Positions 10,201-14,937 of a stretch of DNA of 32,000 nt are shown piece by piece (the first letter of the stretch is position 1; each line of letters begins with the position of its first letter). The position numbers and the translations under genes are program-made. The notes under the pieces are model-generated. The model made no database searches. It was not told the origin of the DNA and worked only from the letters and a program-made list of their open reading frames with translations. Source of the stretch: Candidatus Iainarchaeum sp. (GTDB lineage Archaea > Iainarchaeota > Iainarchaeia > Iainarchaeales > JACQJH01); contig JACQJH010000001.1 in the NCBI GenBank assembly GCA_016205145.1, positions 300,001-332,000 of the forward strand, given 5' to 3'.

Positions 10201-11634
10201 CCTCACTGATGCAAAGCCTGCCACGTCCGCAGTGAGGGCAGGAATCCCCAACGGAAGAACCGTTTCATCAGGCAGAATCTCGTAAAATGAAACCGTTGCG
10301 TTGTTCGCCGGCACGCCGTCTGAATCCTTTATGTATGCTTCAAGCGTCGAGGCGTTCTGGCCCGAAACCGGAACGAGATTCAGCCTCGCTTCCTTTGCCG
10401 TTGCCAGGTCGACCTTTTCGGCAACGGGCAGATAGTTTTCAATGAAGCCCGTCACAACCAGCTTTTTTCCCGGCTCAAGGCCTGAAAACTCGGAGAGGCC
10501 GCCGAAACCAGTCGGCTTTGACGCAAGCACTGTCGTTCCATTCGCATCAAAAACCTGCACTATGACATCCGGCAATGGAATGCTGTTCGAATAAGCCGTG
10601 ACCGAAAGCTTTTCGCCGCCCTTTTTGAGCTGCACTTCAAACTGTTCCTCGCCCTTCCTGATTGTCAGCGCTTTGCCATCCAACAGAGAATCATATTCAA
10701 GATAGCCGTCCTTTGAAACTATTATCCTCGCGGAAACGCCCCTCTCCACGTCCAGTACAGCCGTGCCGTCAGCCGCAATGGTGTCGCTCACAACAATGTC
10801 CTTTTCCTTGTCCTTGACCGTTACCTTCGCGCCCTTCACAAGCTCTTTTGTGGAATCGTCGAAAACCGAGACTATGAGCTTGGACGTTCCCTGCAATGCA
10901 ACGCTTCTCGGACTCAATGGAACGCTTCTTTCCTCATTTCCGGAAAAAGACATTGGCTGCTGCAAGTCCTCATAGCCGTCGGCTGAAATCGAGACAAGCA
11001 GTTCCTCGTTTTCCGGCACTGCATTGAGGACAAAGCTGCCGTTGCCGTCTGGAATGGCCTGGAAAGTCGTTTCCGCGGCATCCCATTCAGCGACAATCTG
11101 CGCGCCGCTAATCCTGTCCTGTGTTCCGGAATCAACGAGAACAATTTTTGCGTTGACGAGATTCCTGTTTTTTTCAAGGCTCAGACGCACCGGAATGCTT
11201 GCCGAAGTCACTGCAGCAGATGCCTCCGCGCTCTTATACCCGGATTTTTCCCCGACTATCCGGATTGCCGTGCCAACCGGAATGCCTTTCAGTTCGATTG
11301 CGCCGGAACCGCTGACAGCCGATTCGCCCAGCTTGTCGCCCGAAACATTGTCGAACACTGTTACCTTGACGCCGCTCAAAGAAGCCTTCAAATCATCGGC
11401 AATGGAAATGTTGACCTTTGCGTCAATCCTGCCGCCGACAAACAGCAATCCGAATGCCAGGGCAATGACCAGAAGCAGGACGCCGATTGTGAACGGCAGG
11501 CTTGGAATGCCCCTGTTTTCAAGCGCATCGACATAGCCGTAAACCGGAATGCCCTTGGCGTCAAGCGCGTCGAGAAAGCCATACCACTTGTCCTCGACGC
11601 CCGCGTAAAACGAGCCGATTTTTTCAGACAGCAT
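1300..11634 (-). CDS. Giant (3,444 aa) N-terminally membrane-anchored surface protein: six CarboxypepD_reg/PEGA-like repeats, many beta-sandwich modules, a cupredoxin domain, a helical module, and a C-terminal GH73 glucosaminidase + Amidase_2 (N-acetylmuramoyl-L-alanine amidase)
   Basis: Single uninterrupted 10,335-nt ORF with ATG at 11632-11634. One TM helix lies at aa 46-68. Domain motifs are listed in the sub-features below. All plus-strand ORFs in this interval are compositionally odd antisense shadows. Confidence 0.9.
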   Translation of the reverse strand: MLSEKIGSFYAGVEDKWYGFLDALDAKGIPVYGYVDALENRGIPSLPFTIGVLLLVIALAFGLLFVGGRIDAKVNISIADDLKASLSGVKVTVFDNVSGDKLGESAVSGSGAIELKGIPVGTAIRIVGEKSGYKSAEASAAVTSASIPVRLSLEKNRNLVNAKIVLVDSGTQDRISGAQIVAEWDAAETTFQAIPDGNGSFVLNAVPENEELLVSISADGYEDLQQPMSFSGNEERSVPLSPRSVALQGTSKLIVSVFDDSTKELVKGAKVTVKDKEKDIVVSDTIAADGTAVLDVERGVSARIIVSKDGYLEYDSLLDGKALTIRKGEEQFEVQLKKGGEKLSVTAYSNSIPLPDVIVQVFDANGTTVLASKPTGFGGLSEFSGLEPGKKLVVTGFIENYLPVAEKVDLATAKEARLNLVPVSGQNASTLEAYIKDSDGVPANNATVSFYEILPDETVLPLGIPALTADVAGFASVRAPVNKTILVKAKRGIEEGDGRKTIEANKRNAVRITLQKSASVAELILVDADGLPLSGTISIISANGENVFDGNIENGKVLFDNRGKKDFSVQIKTPDGKTLAAKVSLDEQNSAEVRAGDEGVSGAAGIEPEIRFVRILNERNQPVQGIVPGKFYWLEFEAKWPGENFKSGIHFRAGPDNVKFVDAQDTGIYGYDATGAKAAFGSTYNATPSPGNEGVDRKNLSRPGQPGKWLELSFDKPADTAVIRVKVMLKPGSQAKETEFHYRAWAVGGPNYFRDPEDSVLGGDEFNRNRLGLYAETKTLGLLVFESDALCQGPVCLTYKFVADNGAQILPQDFKPAANRKFALEIGLLASEPASVTVKADTSKTDPKLFFTGSAKGTAENFPDTNGNETSIEVSGISVAGQESAKASVFFRTVAGGSASIKTQVIAGQAVVPQEFSFNIFEEKGLDVSVRPETILAGESFTVSVKDAQTLKSVENALVQLKDDRGRVVASVAGNSGIGSGRNGEFLFRGAFTAGAYTAEVSAEGYSPKSLAMAIGGLDSLQLTPQEITLSINKQTKEASAFIALRNLSRYGIENISYEMVPGPGFPQEIQLTASVPESLAQSQSSQASVSAKYSGPESASLFGEADIIVKGLAGGRQMTGAKGRIKVYYNKSLPSGCLRLDRESLQAYLLGTAGANKNLDLQVENRCGTDLELQAKVLAKKNDPALQVLAQPITLKKDETKTFTITLSNRVERFLPQKEERQFTVILESDSIAKSVPLKVVLWDSRFSIASNDTIVLFLSHDRQAQKATAAAQLHVENVSPFEIRALSFSVSPMEIGQNGITLDVMPKTAGLESLKPGQVLLPPRFVIAETGQDKSFDRPLRGQIIINGATEESATPVQSYPYGFSSPALAGQSETFDPAQQYGYNAFAASQLQAQRISSLETYGGGLPRIAFKSIDVWANVSGFKCLKAFSDDTAFESEESRFGTIAKELTIRNECAEEIRIVDIAPKEFGRNTLVLSPLATPILAPNSEAKFQLLLQKKQDYSNETGSIKAIGLLIRSQKFMESNALPFRISLGEKAVEGAGVKTSEIELPYCDADGTAKVSFPLLSQDNCSEGYCDAETAAKFLAKKMQDAVKQAQERISASSADAKSFAGCGQGKDYCTFSNMNVASTPFPVFLQNDFVTSAGIENAVKTENISELKGYKIQAGETSEQEISDIAATGLTKQVIMSKPLKGCGRYLLSVKGAVQVKNGQIIKDSFVLLVRHESERKVTGECLNAVQNVSNFLPIDKSYSQSQSFGSWPGMVQPEEGLEEIGKSFSQSLFGSEQRVARTAGGNKIVIKAGETNGSLVKLEIEKTEKSDEPKTVFATIPKVYSEKKKAESQKTGSTNVPATPPGQNAQQPATAKSQSLNWQGNGTAMLQAPGGTQTGTTAPTQPTQTQTPAAAPPAGQAPGNATQGQLPAADITINIKDLKFSPSTVNIQPGQTVEWVNNDTVEHTVTIESIGFNVKLKANEATSHTFTEEGKFDYKCTLHPGMTGTVFVAKAQAQNAGNATQPAEQTQGTALSTSGNIASEAAKAIAELTQHQVDGCISKDESYLLIKSFSQVGSLKIEGDENVTLYVGENCAQLKVVAEVPQKVRLSQDWETHEDKTGIDSVQLRSADGKEIPSTQTIELAKDAKTGNYKYDFKLCVSGNDQFVLAAQTTSPYVNVKAKSVQIKRAGASTANAQPLNEAVATVSIARLQAPGSYGTANAQTQESGSTQSAQQATGNNSGSQGGTASGASADKKPSEWVSEGLLESNSFNVKFSVCGIHPEDLLKKIVGMEPGTYYATVGWKGQPETVSLADVAKALARQKALDAANKAISTPGGPALDKQKTYKEQLNAEKRKAIEAGFLAPCSVAAAICGGMTKAGVGALWDVGLNCVLPASIAAADTFEKGEDAKAFMQRQFDGLKTWFGGKDLQGISADQLSFLDTPQSQDNRDALLDAAVGGATVRTLTRGLETLSFEQQADIVSARWADALVAKSENRGFAQFKGTFKGAMEKRILEAHRLDPKISIDTAAKNALQGSDTLLSEVGTTLLRDPQLRSLRGTPALRTNLLDQIDASARAPLQKAVGDTALPAEFNFKATGLEWDPVGQVTRDGRLITGIDATSGRPLIETAAGSGTSRIVSAAEMDQLIETAGNNIKIGGRVGAFADELTDDVMAQLKNSVSVEQAAKIDGLRAPLREQISRRLETAFSSTATAPEWDGGAFRIKAALSQDEMRRILGSSADSLDRQVVRGALFDDAALRQITESTLSGSATSALDDAAKLGRLDALKRNLRDTFSRKRFWDLAKGLGCSVLSVAAGMEGYDQWMKNMFKAPDKGIDEINGGAKEIDPETGKVLGDSLEVILKKNHTYRIVKTAKGDGGSGATTTIVEVQGAEQFSQMQEELKSGKAKRLDSDCKGEFAQRTLSTVFGSLLPTVEAGADPQEMKIYYDPEAQKAIASASDQTEVEEAAIMAAVLAEMKAKGVDAAEAEKTQEKAETKTPVTGTITLAAGQAQSQASQQREKILAPESILQTAQLLAQLKTQTGSTENALAEFAKTLDPKNSSPLAKWVVEKYQEWKRYSVVAAESAAGAGAGQGGTANVATGGCAPPKQGEKLSMLSERPCLSAEFVDQILASAGSPAAGTGKYFVQYGQQYGIDNAIALAFFKQESTYGKFGVANKTKSVGNIKCPQSTIKYDFMSGAFCGWNSWQGGIEAWFAYIKTSKHYFPQGKTTVDDILPIYAPSSENDTGAYIRNVKADVAKWRSQQGAMQEPADKKKTSAELSGNVKTVPMTNFVSASQAKSVQSNSSSRNGTRIDTIVLHHTAGGNISGALSWWADSHQASSHYIVGKQGEIVEVIPEDKKAWHANCVNGRSIGIEIVNMGNGSDSYPPAQQQAVKQLVQGLAAKYNIAEGNIIGHGCTSTNRLVSEPTGFPRDLGNGLHLYTRDGANSYKCTFKC
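1303..1740 (-). other. Amidase_2 (PGRP / T7-lysozyme-type N-acetylmuramoyl-L-alanine amidase) domain, last 145 aa of the giant protein
   Basis: TRIDTIVLHHTAG...SSHYIVGKQGEIVEVIPEDKKAWHA...GRSIGIEIVN...QQAVKQLVQGLAAKYNI...NIIGHGCTS. This matches the HHTA / SxHY / AWHA / GIE / GH motif order typical of Pfam Amidase_2 (PF01510). The position of the third zinc ligand is not clear by eye. Confidence 0.8.
1842..1851 (-). repeat. A10 homopolymer (coding sense) in the linker between the GH73 and Amidase_2 domains
   Basis: The plus strand reads g-tttttttttt-a. In coding sense this is GAT AAA AAA AAA ACT (D-K-K-K-T). It is the longest homopolymer I found inside any CDS in the window. Confidence 0.9.
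1879..2360 (-). other. GH73 / Glucosaminidase (mannosyl-glycoprotein endo-beta-N-acetylglucosaminidase, FlgJ/AcmA/Atl-GL type) domain of the giant protein
   Basis: GGCAPPKQ...RPCLSAEF...IDNAIALAFFKQESTYGKFG...SVGNIKC...FCGWNSWQGGIEAWFAYIKTSKHY...ILPIYAPSSENDT. This resembles the family pattern ESGWG...NNLFGIK...FRxYxSxxxSxxDYxxLL of PF01832. It is paralogous to the N-terminal domain of the 12314-14725 protein. Confidence 0.75.
5624..5860 (-). other. Cupredoxin (type 1 blue-copper, amicyanin/plastocyanin-like) domain embedded in the giant protein
   Basis: ITINIKDLKFSPSTVNIQPGQTVEWVNNDTVEHTVTIES...SHTFTEEGKFDYKCTLHPGMTGTVFV. Putative ligands are His in VEHTV and the C-terminal loop C-T-L-H-P-G-M, which has the same C-x2-H-x2-M spacing as the amicyanin loop CTPHPFM. 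The domain is flanked on both sides by P/T/Q/A-rich low-complexity linkers. Confidence 0.8.
9850..11421 (-). other. Six tandem ~80-90 aa CarboxypepD_reg/PEGA-like beta-sandwich repeats (aa ~72-595 of the giant protein)
   Basis: A recurrent pattern occurs six times: 'VKVTVFDNVSGDKL...', 'AKIVLVDSGTQDRISGAQIV...ADGYE', 'VKGAKVTVKD...VSKDGYLEY', 'DVIVQVFDANGT...', 'NATVSFYEILPD...', 'AELILVDADGLPLSGTISI...'. Each is a short strand, a D/N-x-G turn and G-[YF] near the end. Confidence 0.65.
11431..11499 (-). other. Single N-terminal transmembrane anchor of the giant protein
   Basis: LPFTIGVLLLVIALAFGLLFVGG (aa 46-68), preceded by a 45-aa polar head and followed by R-I-D-A-K. No signal-peptidase-like A-x-A site is evident, so a signal-anchor is likely. 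Confidence 0.75.
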
Positions 11635-11699
11635 CCGGACCAGTTAAACGATTAAGTTCAAGCTACAACAATTAATGCTTCATCTATTAATAACTTTTC

Positions 11700-12230
11700 T
11701 TATCGCCGCAGGAATTGGCATTTTATTTTTCCCGTCGCCCACAAAAACCACAAAGCGTAGAATCCGGCGATGACAACAAACAATGTCAGCCTGAACAGGA
11801 CGTTGTGCGTGAATTCAACCAGCTGCAAATCCCCGCCAGCGGAAATCACTGCAACCGTTATTGCAATGCGCGCGATGTTGAAAGCGAATGCGACTGCAAC
11901 CCCCACAAATGCGCCCGCAACTCTTTTCTTCCACGAAATGCCCCAGGAAGAAAGAATTGCAGCCACAATAATCAGGGTTTCGGTTTTGCCCGTGCAAAGT
12001 TCTGAAATCTGCGCGACAACGCCGTTCGAAAACTGCATCAGCACCGGTTCCTGCAAAACGATTTTTCCTGAAAAGCCGAAAAGAGAAAGCACGAGCATCA
12101 CGGCATTCGCCACAAGCGCTTCGATTGCCTGCAACGGCAGCAGGATGCCCGACAAAAACAGGATTGCAATGTACGCGGCCGCGAAAGTCAGGACGAACCT
12201 TCCGGCTTTTTTCGCTTCTTCAACATCCAA
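11700..12230 (-). CDS. Small (176 aa) exosortase/archaeosortase-family transpeptidase-like membrane protein
   Basis: Polytopic hydrophobic protein carrying the family's three signature residues in order: Cys79 in ISELCTGKTETL (the CSG/CTG motif), Arg121 in AFNIARIA (the N-x-x-R-I motif), and His142 in EFTHNVLF. There is no ATG near the 5' end; the first canonical start is TTG at 12228-12230, with an upstream in-frame stop about 40 nt away. Confidence 0.8.
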   Translation of the reverse strand: MDVEEAKKAGRFVLTFAAAYIAILFLSGILLPLQAIEALVANAVMLVLSLFGFSGKIVLQEPVLMQFSNGVVAQISELCTGKTETLIIVAAILSSWGISWKKRVAGAFVGVAVAFAFNIARIAITVAVISAGGDLQLVEFTHNVLFRLTLFVVIAGFYALWFLWATGKIKCQFLRR

Positions 12231-12261
12231 GTTTTTTCCCTTGCCTGGCAGAAAGTATGCT

Positions 12262-12313
12262 TTAAGTTGTTAAAAAACCAATCTGCCGGCCCGGCCATGG
12301 CAGCCAATTTTTT
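12262..12313 (-). terminator. Imperfect GC hairpin followed by a T6 run, downstream of the 821-aa hydrolase gene
   Basis: Minus sense after the stop: TAAAAAAAATTGG-CTGCCATGGCC-G-GGCCGGCAG-ATTGG-TTTTTT. The ctgcc/ggcag and ggcc/ggcc segments pair. Confidence 0.4.
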
Positions 12314-14725
12314 TTAAGCGGCTGTTCCGGCTTGCGCAATCGTTACGCTTGCAATGCCGGATGATGCAATCGTTTTTCCTGCCGCGTCGACAGCCTTCAC
12401 CTGATAGGAATACGTTCCAGGCGCAAGGCCTGCGCCGGTTTCGCCCGCATCAATTATGCTTGTGTTCGGTTTCGGAATGCTTGACGCGATCTTTCCGTTC
12501 CTGAACACGTCGTATTTTTCTGCCCCATCCACTTTTGCCCATTCAAGCTTGACGCCGATTTCATTTCCTTCGCCGATTGTTTTTGCGCTGAGCGGAAAGC
12601 CCGGGATTTTTCCCCTCCATGCAATCGTTTCCTCGAAAACCCTGCGCCCGGAATCCGGCGCCTGCCTTGACGCAACAGCCTTTATTTCAAAGGTTCCGCC
12701 CGCCGTTTCAGCCGGAAAAGTGTAGCTCAAAGCCTTTCCGTTCAGTTTTTCGGACACGATCCTGCTGCCGGAGCGGTCTGTCGCGCTCACATTCCATTCG
12801 AAGCCGAAGTCCTCGGATTTTGCGCCGATGACTGCCTGCAATCTTACCGGTTCGCCGGCTTCAATGCTTCCATCCTCTGCGCTTTTCTCCAGCGACTTTG
12901 AAACAGCCGCCTGTGAAACGATTATCCTGAAATCTGCCGGCATCACGCTTACCTCGATCGACGGGAATGTTTCGCCGTCATACTCCGCAACCGCCCTGTA
13001 CGCATAAGTTTTTCCGTTTGAAACGGTTTCGTCGAACCAGTTTTTCGGCCCGTTTACGGTGAACGACGCAATTTCCTCAAACGCCCCTGAAGGCATTTCC
13101 CTGCGTTCAACCGTGATTGTTGCGGGCGTTCCCCTGAAAATTACCAGTCCCCCGTCCCTGACCACGCCGATTATTTTGAATAAAACCTTTCCGTCGCCTG
13201 CCTTCACATCCAAAGGCAAAAAGCCGGGCCTGCTTTCGTTTGAAGCGTAAGTGAAACCGTTGCTTTCCTGCGTTTCCCCGGAGCTTTGCGTTGCCACAAG
13301 CAGGATTTCCCCGGAGTCAAGGCCGCTTAATGCGGGATAGTTTGCGCGCAATGTAGTCTCCTTGCTGTACTCGCCGGCCGAAAATTCAATGTCGCTTTTA
13401 GCGGAAACCGAAACAGTGTACGGCGCCCCCAATGAAATGATTCCGGCTTCGCTCAATGCGTCATACGCGTTTCCGAAGCCCTCGCGCGCGGATTTTTCAA
13501 GGAAATAATCTTCAGTATAATACGTTCCGGCGCCCTTTCCGGTTTCAATGGATGAAAGCGCCGCAATAAGCTGTGTCGAATTCACGCCCTGCTCCCGCCT
13601 TATGGGCGATTCGGCTGGCAGGCATTCCTGCGCTGAAATGTTTTGCACGCATTCCGGCCTTTTGACAATTACTGCAGGCAGCTGTTCCGACAATTCAAAC
13701 AATGAGCCGTCGCTCAATTCGAGTTCAGCCTTGTCCGGCAAAACGATTGCCTGCGACTGCCCCGGCTCGAGGACAACGCTTTCCGGCACCTCCAAACCTG
13801 AAGGCGTTACGCCGCCCGAAGAGCCTCTTTTCACTTCGATTGAAAGTCTTCCCGCGGACGAGGACAAAACAGTCCTGCCATCCGCGTCAATGTAAGCGTA
13901 AGGAACCTCGGCACCGTTTTTGAACAGCCGCACGCCGTACCTTCCCAACGGAACGCTTTTCGGCAGGAAATCGTTGAGCACGGAAAAGACCGCGGACAGG
14001 TCCGGGCGGGTGAATGCAGAATTGCTTGCATACGCGGGTCCTGGGTCGGGAGCATCACTGTTCTCTGCATACAACAGCCTTTGCAATCGGATGCGGTTGC
14101 TGACTCTTTCGCGCTGCATGTTTCTCCAGCTGCGCACGTCGCTTTTCACGTTTTTGATGTAAGTGTCGGTGTCGTTTTCCGAGGCAGGCGCGTAAATCGG
14201 CAGTATTTCATCGATTGTTGTCTTGCCTGCCTTCACATAGTATTTGCTGTTTTTGAGGTAGTCAAAGAACCCTTTTATCGAATCCTCCCACGAATTGTAT
14301 GCGCTCCACGTTCCGCACCTGAAGTCCGGCATGCCCGAATTGTATTTTATGTTGCCTATTCCCTTGGTGCCTTTGCTGCACGCGCCGCCCGGCCTGCCGA
14401 CCCACCGGGAATTTGTCCCCCACGTGGACTCGTATTTGAAAATCGCCAGTGCGACAGCGTTGTCGATGCCGTAATCGTGCGAGTATTTGACGAACCACTT
14501 GCCATTGCCTTTTGCCGGGGAATTGTACTTCTCAAAAACATCGTTTATGAATTCCACTGAAAGGCAGGGCCTGTCGGAAAGCACCGGCATCGGCTTGTCC
14601 AGTTCAGGCAGGGGGCAGCCGCCGGAAACGATTGTCTGGACGTATGACTGCGACTGGGCAAAGGCGTTGGCTGAAAGCAGGGCAATGAATGCGAGCAGCA
14701 CTGCGGCCAGGGCGATTTTTTTCAT
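12314..14725 (-). CDS. Secreted GH73 glucosaminidase (murein hydrolase) with C-terminal beta-sandwich / fibronectin type III-like domains
   Basis: I prefer ATG 14723-14725 (M19 of the track ORF). This gives a classic signal peptide MKKIALAAVLLAFIALLSANAFA|QSQ and sits 28 nt from an A/T-rich TATA-like element. The GH73 motifs are GGCPLPEL...RPCLSVEF...IDNAVALAIFKYESTWGTNS...GIGNIKY...WSAYNSWEDSIKGFFDYLKNSKYY...ILPIYAPASENDT. The C-terminus is FN3-like: VKLEWAKVDGAEKYDVFRNGK...GTYSYQVKAVDAAGK. Confidence 0.85.
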   Translation of the reverse strand: MKKIALAAVLLAFIALLSANAFAQSQSYVQTIVSGGCPLPELDKPMPVLSDRPCLSVEFINDVFEKYNSPAKGNGKWFVKYSHDYGIDNAVALAIFKYESTWGTNSRWVGRPGGACSKGTKGIGNIKYNSGMPDFRCGTWSAYNSWEDSIKGFFDYLKNSKYYVKAGKTTIDEILPIYAPASENDTDTYIKNVKSDVRSWRNMQRERVSNRIRLQRLLYAENSDAPDPGPAYASNSAFTRPDLSAVFSVLNDFLPKSVPLGRYGVRLFKNGAEVPYAYIDADGRTVLSSSAGRLSIEVKRGSSGGVTPSGLEVPESVVLEPGQSQAIVLPDKAELELSDGSLFELSEQLPAVIVKRPECVQNISAQECLPAESPIRREQGVNSTQLIAALSSIETGKGAGTYYTEDYFLEKSAREGFGNAYDALSEAGIISLGAPYTVSVSAKSDIEFSAGEYSKETTLRANYPALSGLDSGEILLVATQSSGETQESNGFTYASNESRPGFLPLDVKAGDGKVLFKIIGVVRDGGLVIFRGTPATITVERREMPSGAFEEIASFTVNGPKNWFDETVSNGKTYAYRAVAEYDGETFPSIEVSVMPADFRIIVSQAAVSKSLEKSAEDGSIEAGEPVRLQAVIGAKSEDFGFEWNVSATDRSGSRIVSEKLNGKALSYTFPAETAGGTFEIKAVASRQAPDSGRRVFEETIAWRGKIPGFPLSAKTIGEGNEIGVKLEWAKVDGAEKYDVFRNGKIASSIPKPNTSIIDAGETGAGLAPGTYSYQVKAVDAAGKTIASSGIASVTIAQAGTAA

Positions 14726-14748
14726 GGCAGTCAACAACACACTTTTTT

Positions 14749-14758
14749 GGTTAAAAAA
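14749..14758 (-). promoter_or_regulatory. TATA-like element for the 821-aa hydrolase gene (leaderless geometry)
   Basis: Minus-sense TTTTTTAACC is centred ~28 nt upstream of ATG 14725. This matches archaeal TATA-to-TSS spacing for a leaderless mRNA. It is a motif match only. Confidence 0.4.
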
Positions 14759-14873
14759 ATTTCTTAATACCAATTGCAATTTTCCGGTTAATAAATCCTG
14801 CGCAAATCCCCGCCGGCCGCATAATTCATCTTTGGGATTCAGGGTTTTTCGGTTTTGCCGTTTCCGGGCTTGG

Positions 14874-14887
14874 ATATTTATAAATAT
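14874..14887. promoter_or_regulatory. Perfect 14-nt A/T palindrome containing a TATA box (ATATTTATAAATAT) in the divergent intergenic region
   Basis: It reads identically on both strands. It contains TTTATAAATA, close to the archaeal TATA consensus, and lies ~50 nt upstream of the ATPase TTG start at 14938. Confidence 0.5.
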
Positions 14888-14937
14888 AAGAAACCAGTTT
14901 TATCTACCTGGCAGCTTTTGTCTGGCGGTGTTGGCTT

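Noticed and set aside
1300-14725. Possibility that the hydrolases target archaeal pseudomurein or remodel the organism's own wall
   Set aside because: Amidase_2 cleaves MurNAc-L-Ala, and GH73 cleaves the beta-1,4 GlcNAc-MurNAc linkage. Pseudomurein has N-acetyltalosaminuronic acid, beta-1,3 links and no MurNAc-L-Ala bond, and the known pseudomurein lysins are cysteine endoisopeptidases. I cannot fully exclude a murein-like wall in an unknown archaeon, so biochemical testing is still needed.
14726-14779. TTG 14779 start for the 821-aa hydrolase
   Set aside because: ATG 14725 yields a canonical signal peptide (MKKIALAAVLLAFIALLSANAFA) and sits at leaderless distance from an A/T element. The 18-aa extension would bury the signal peptide's n-region.
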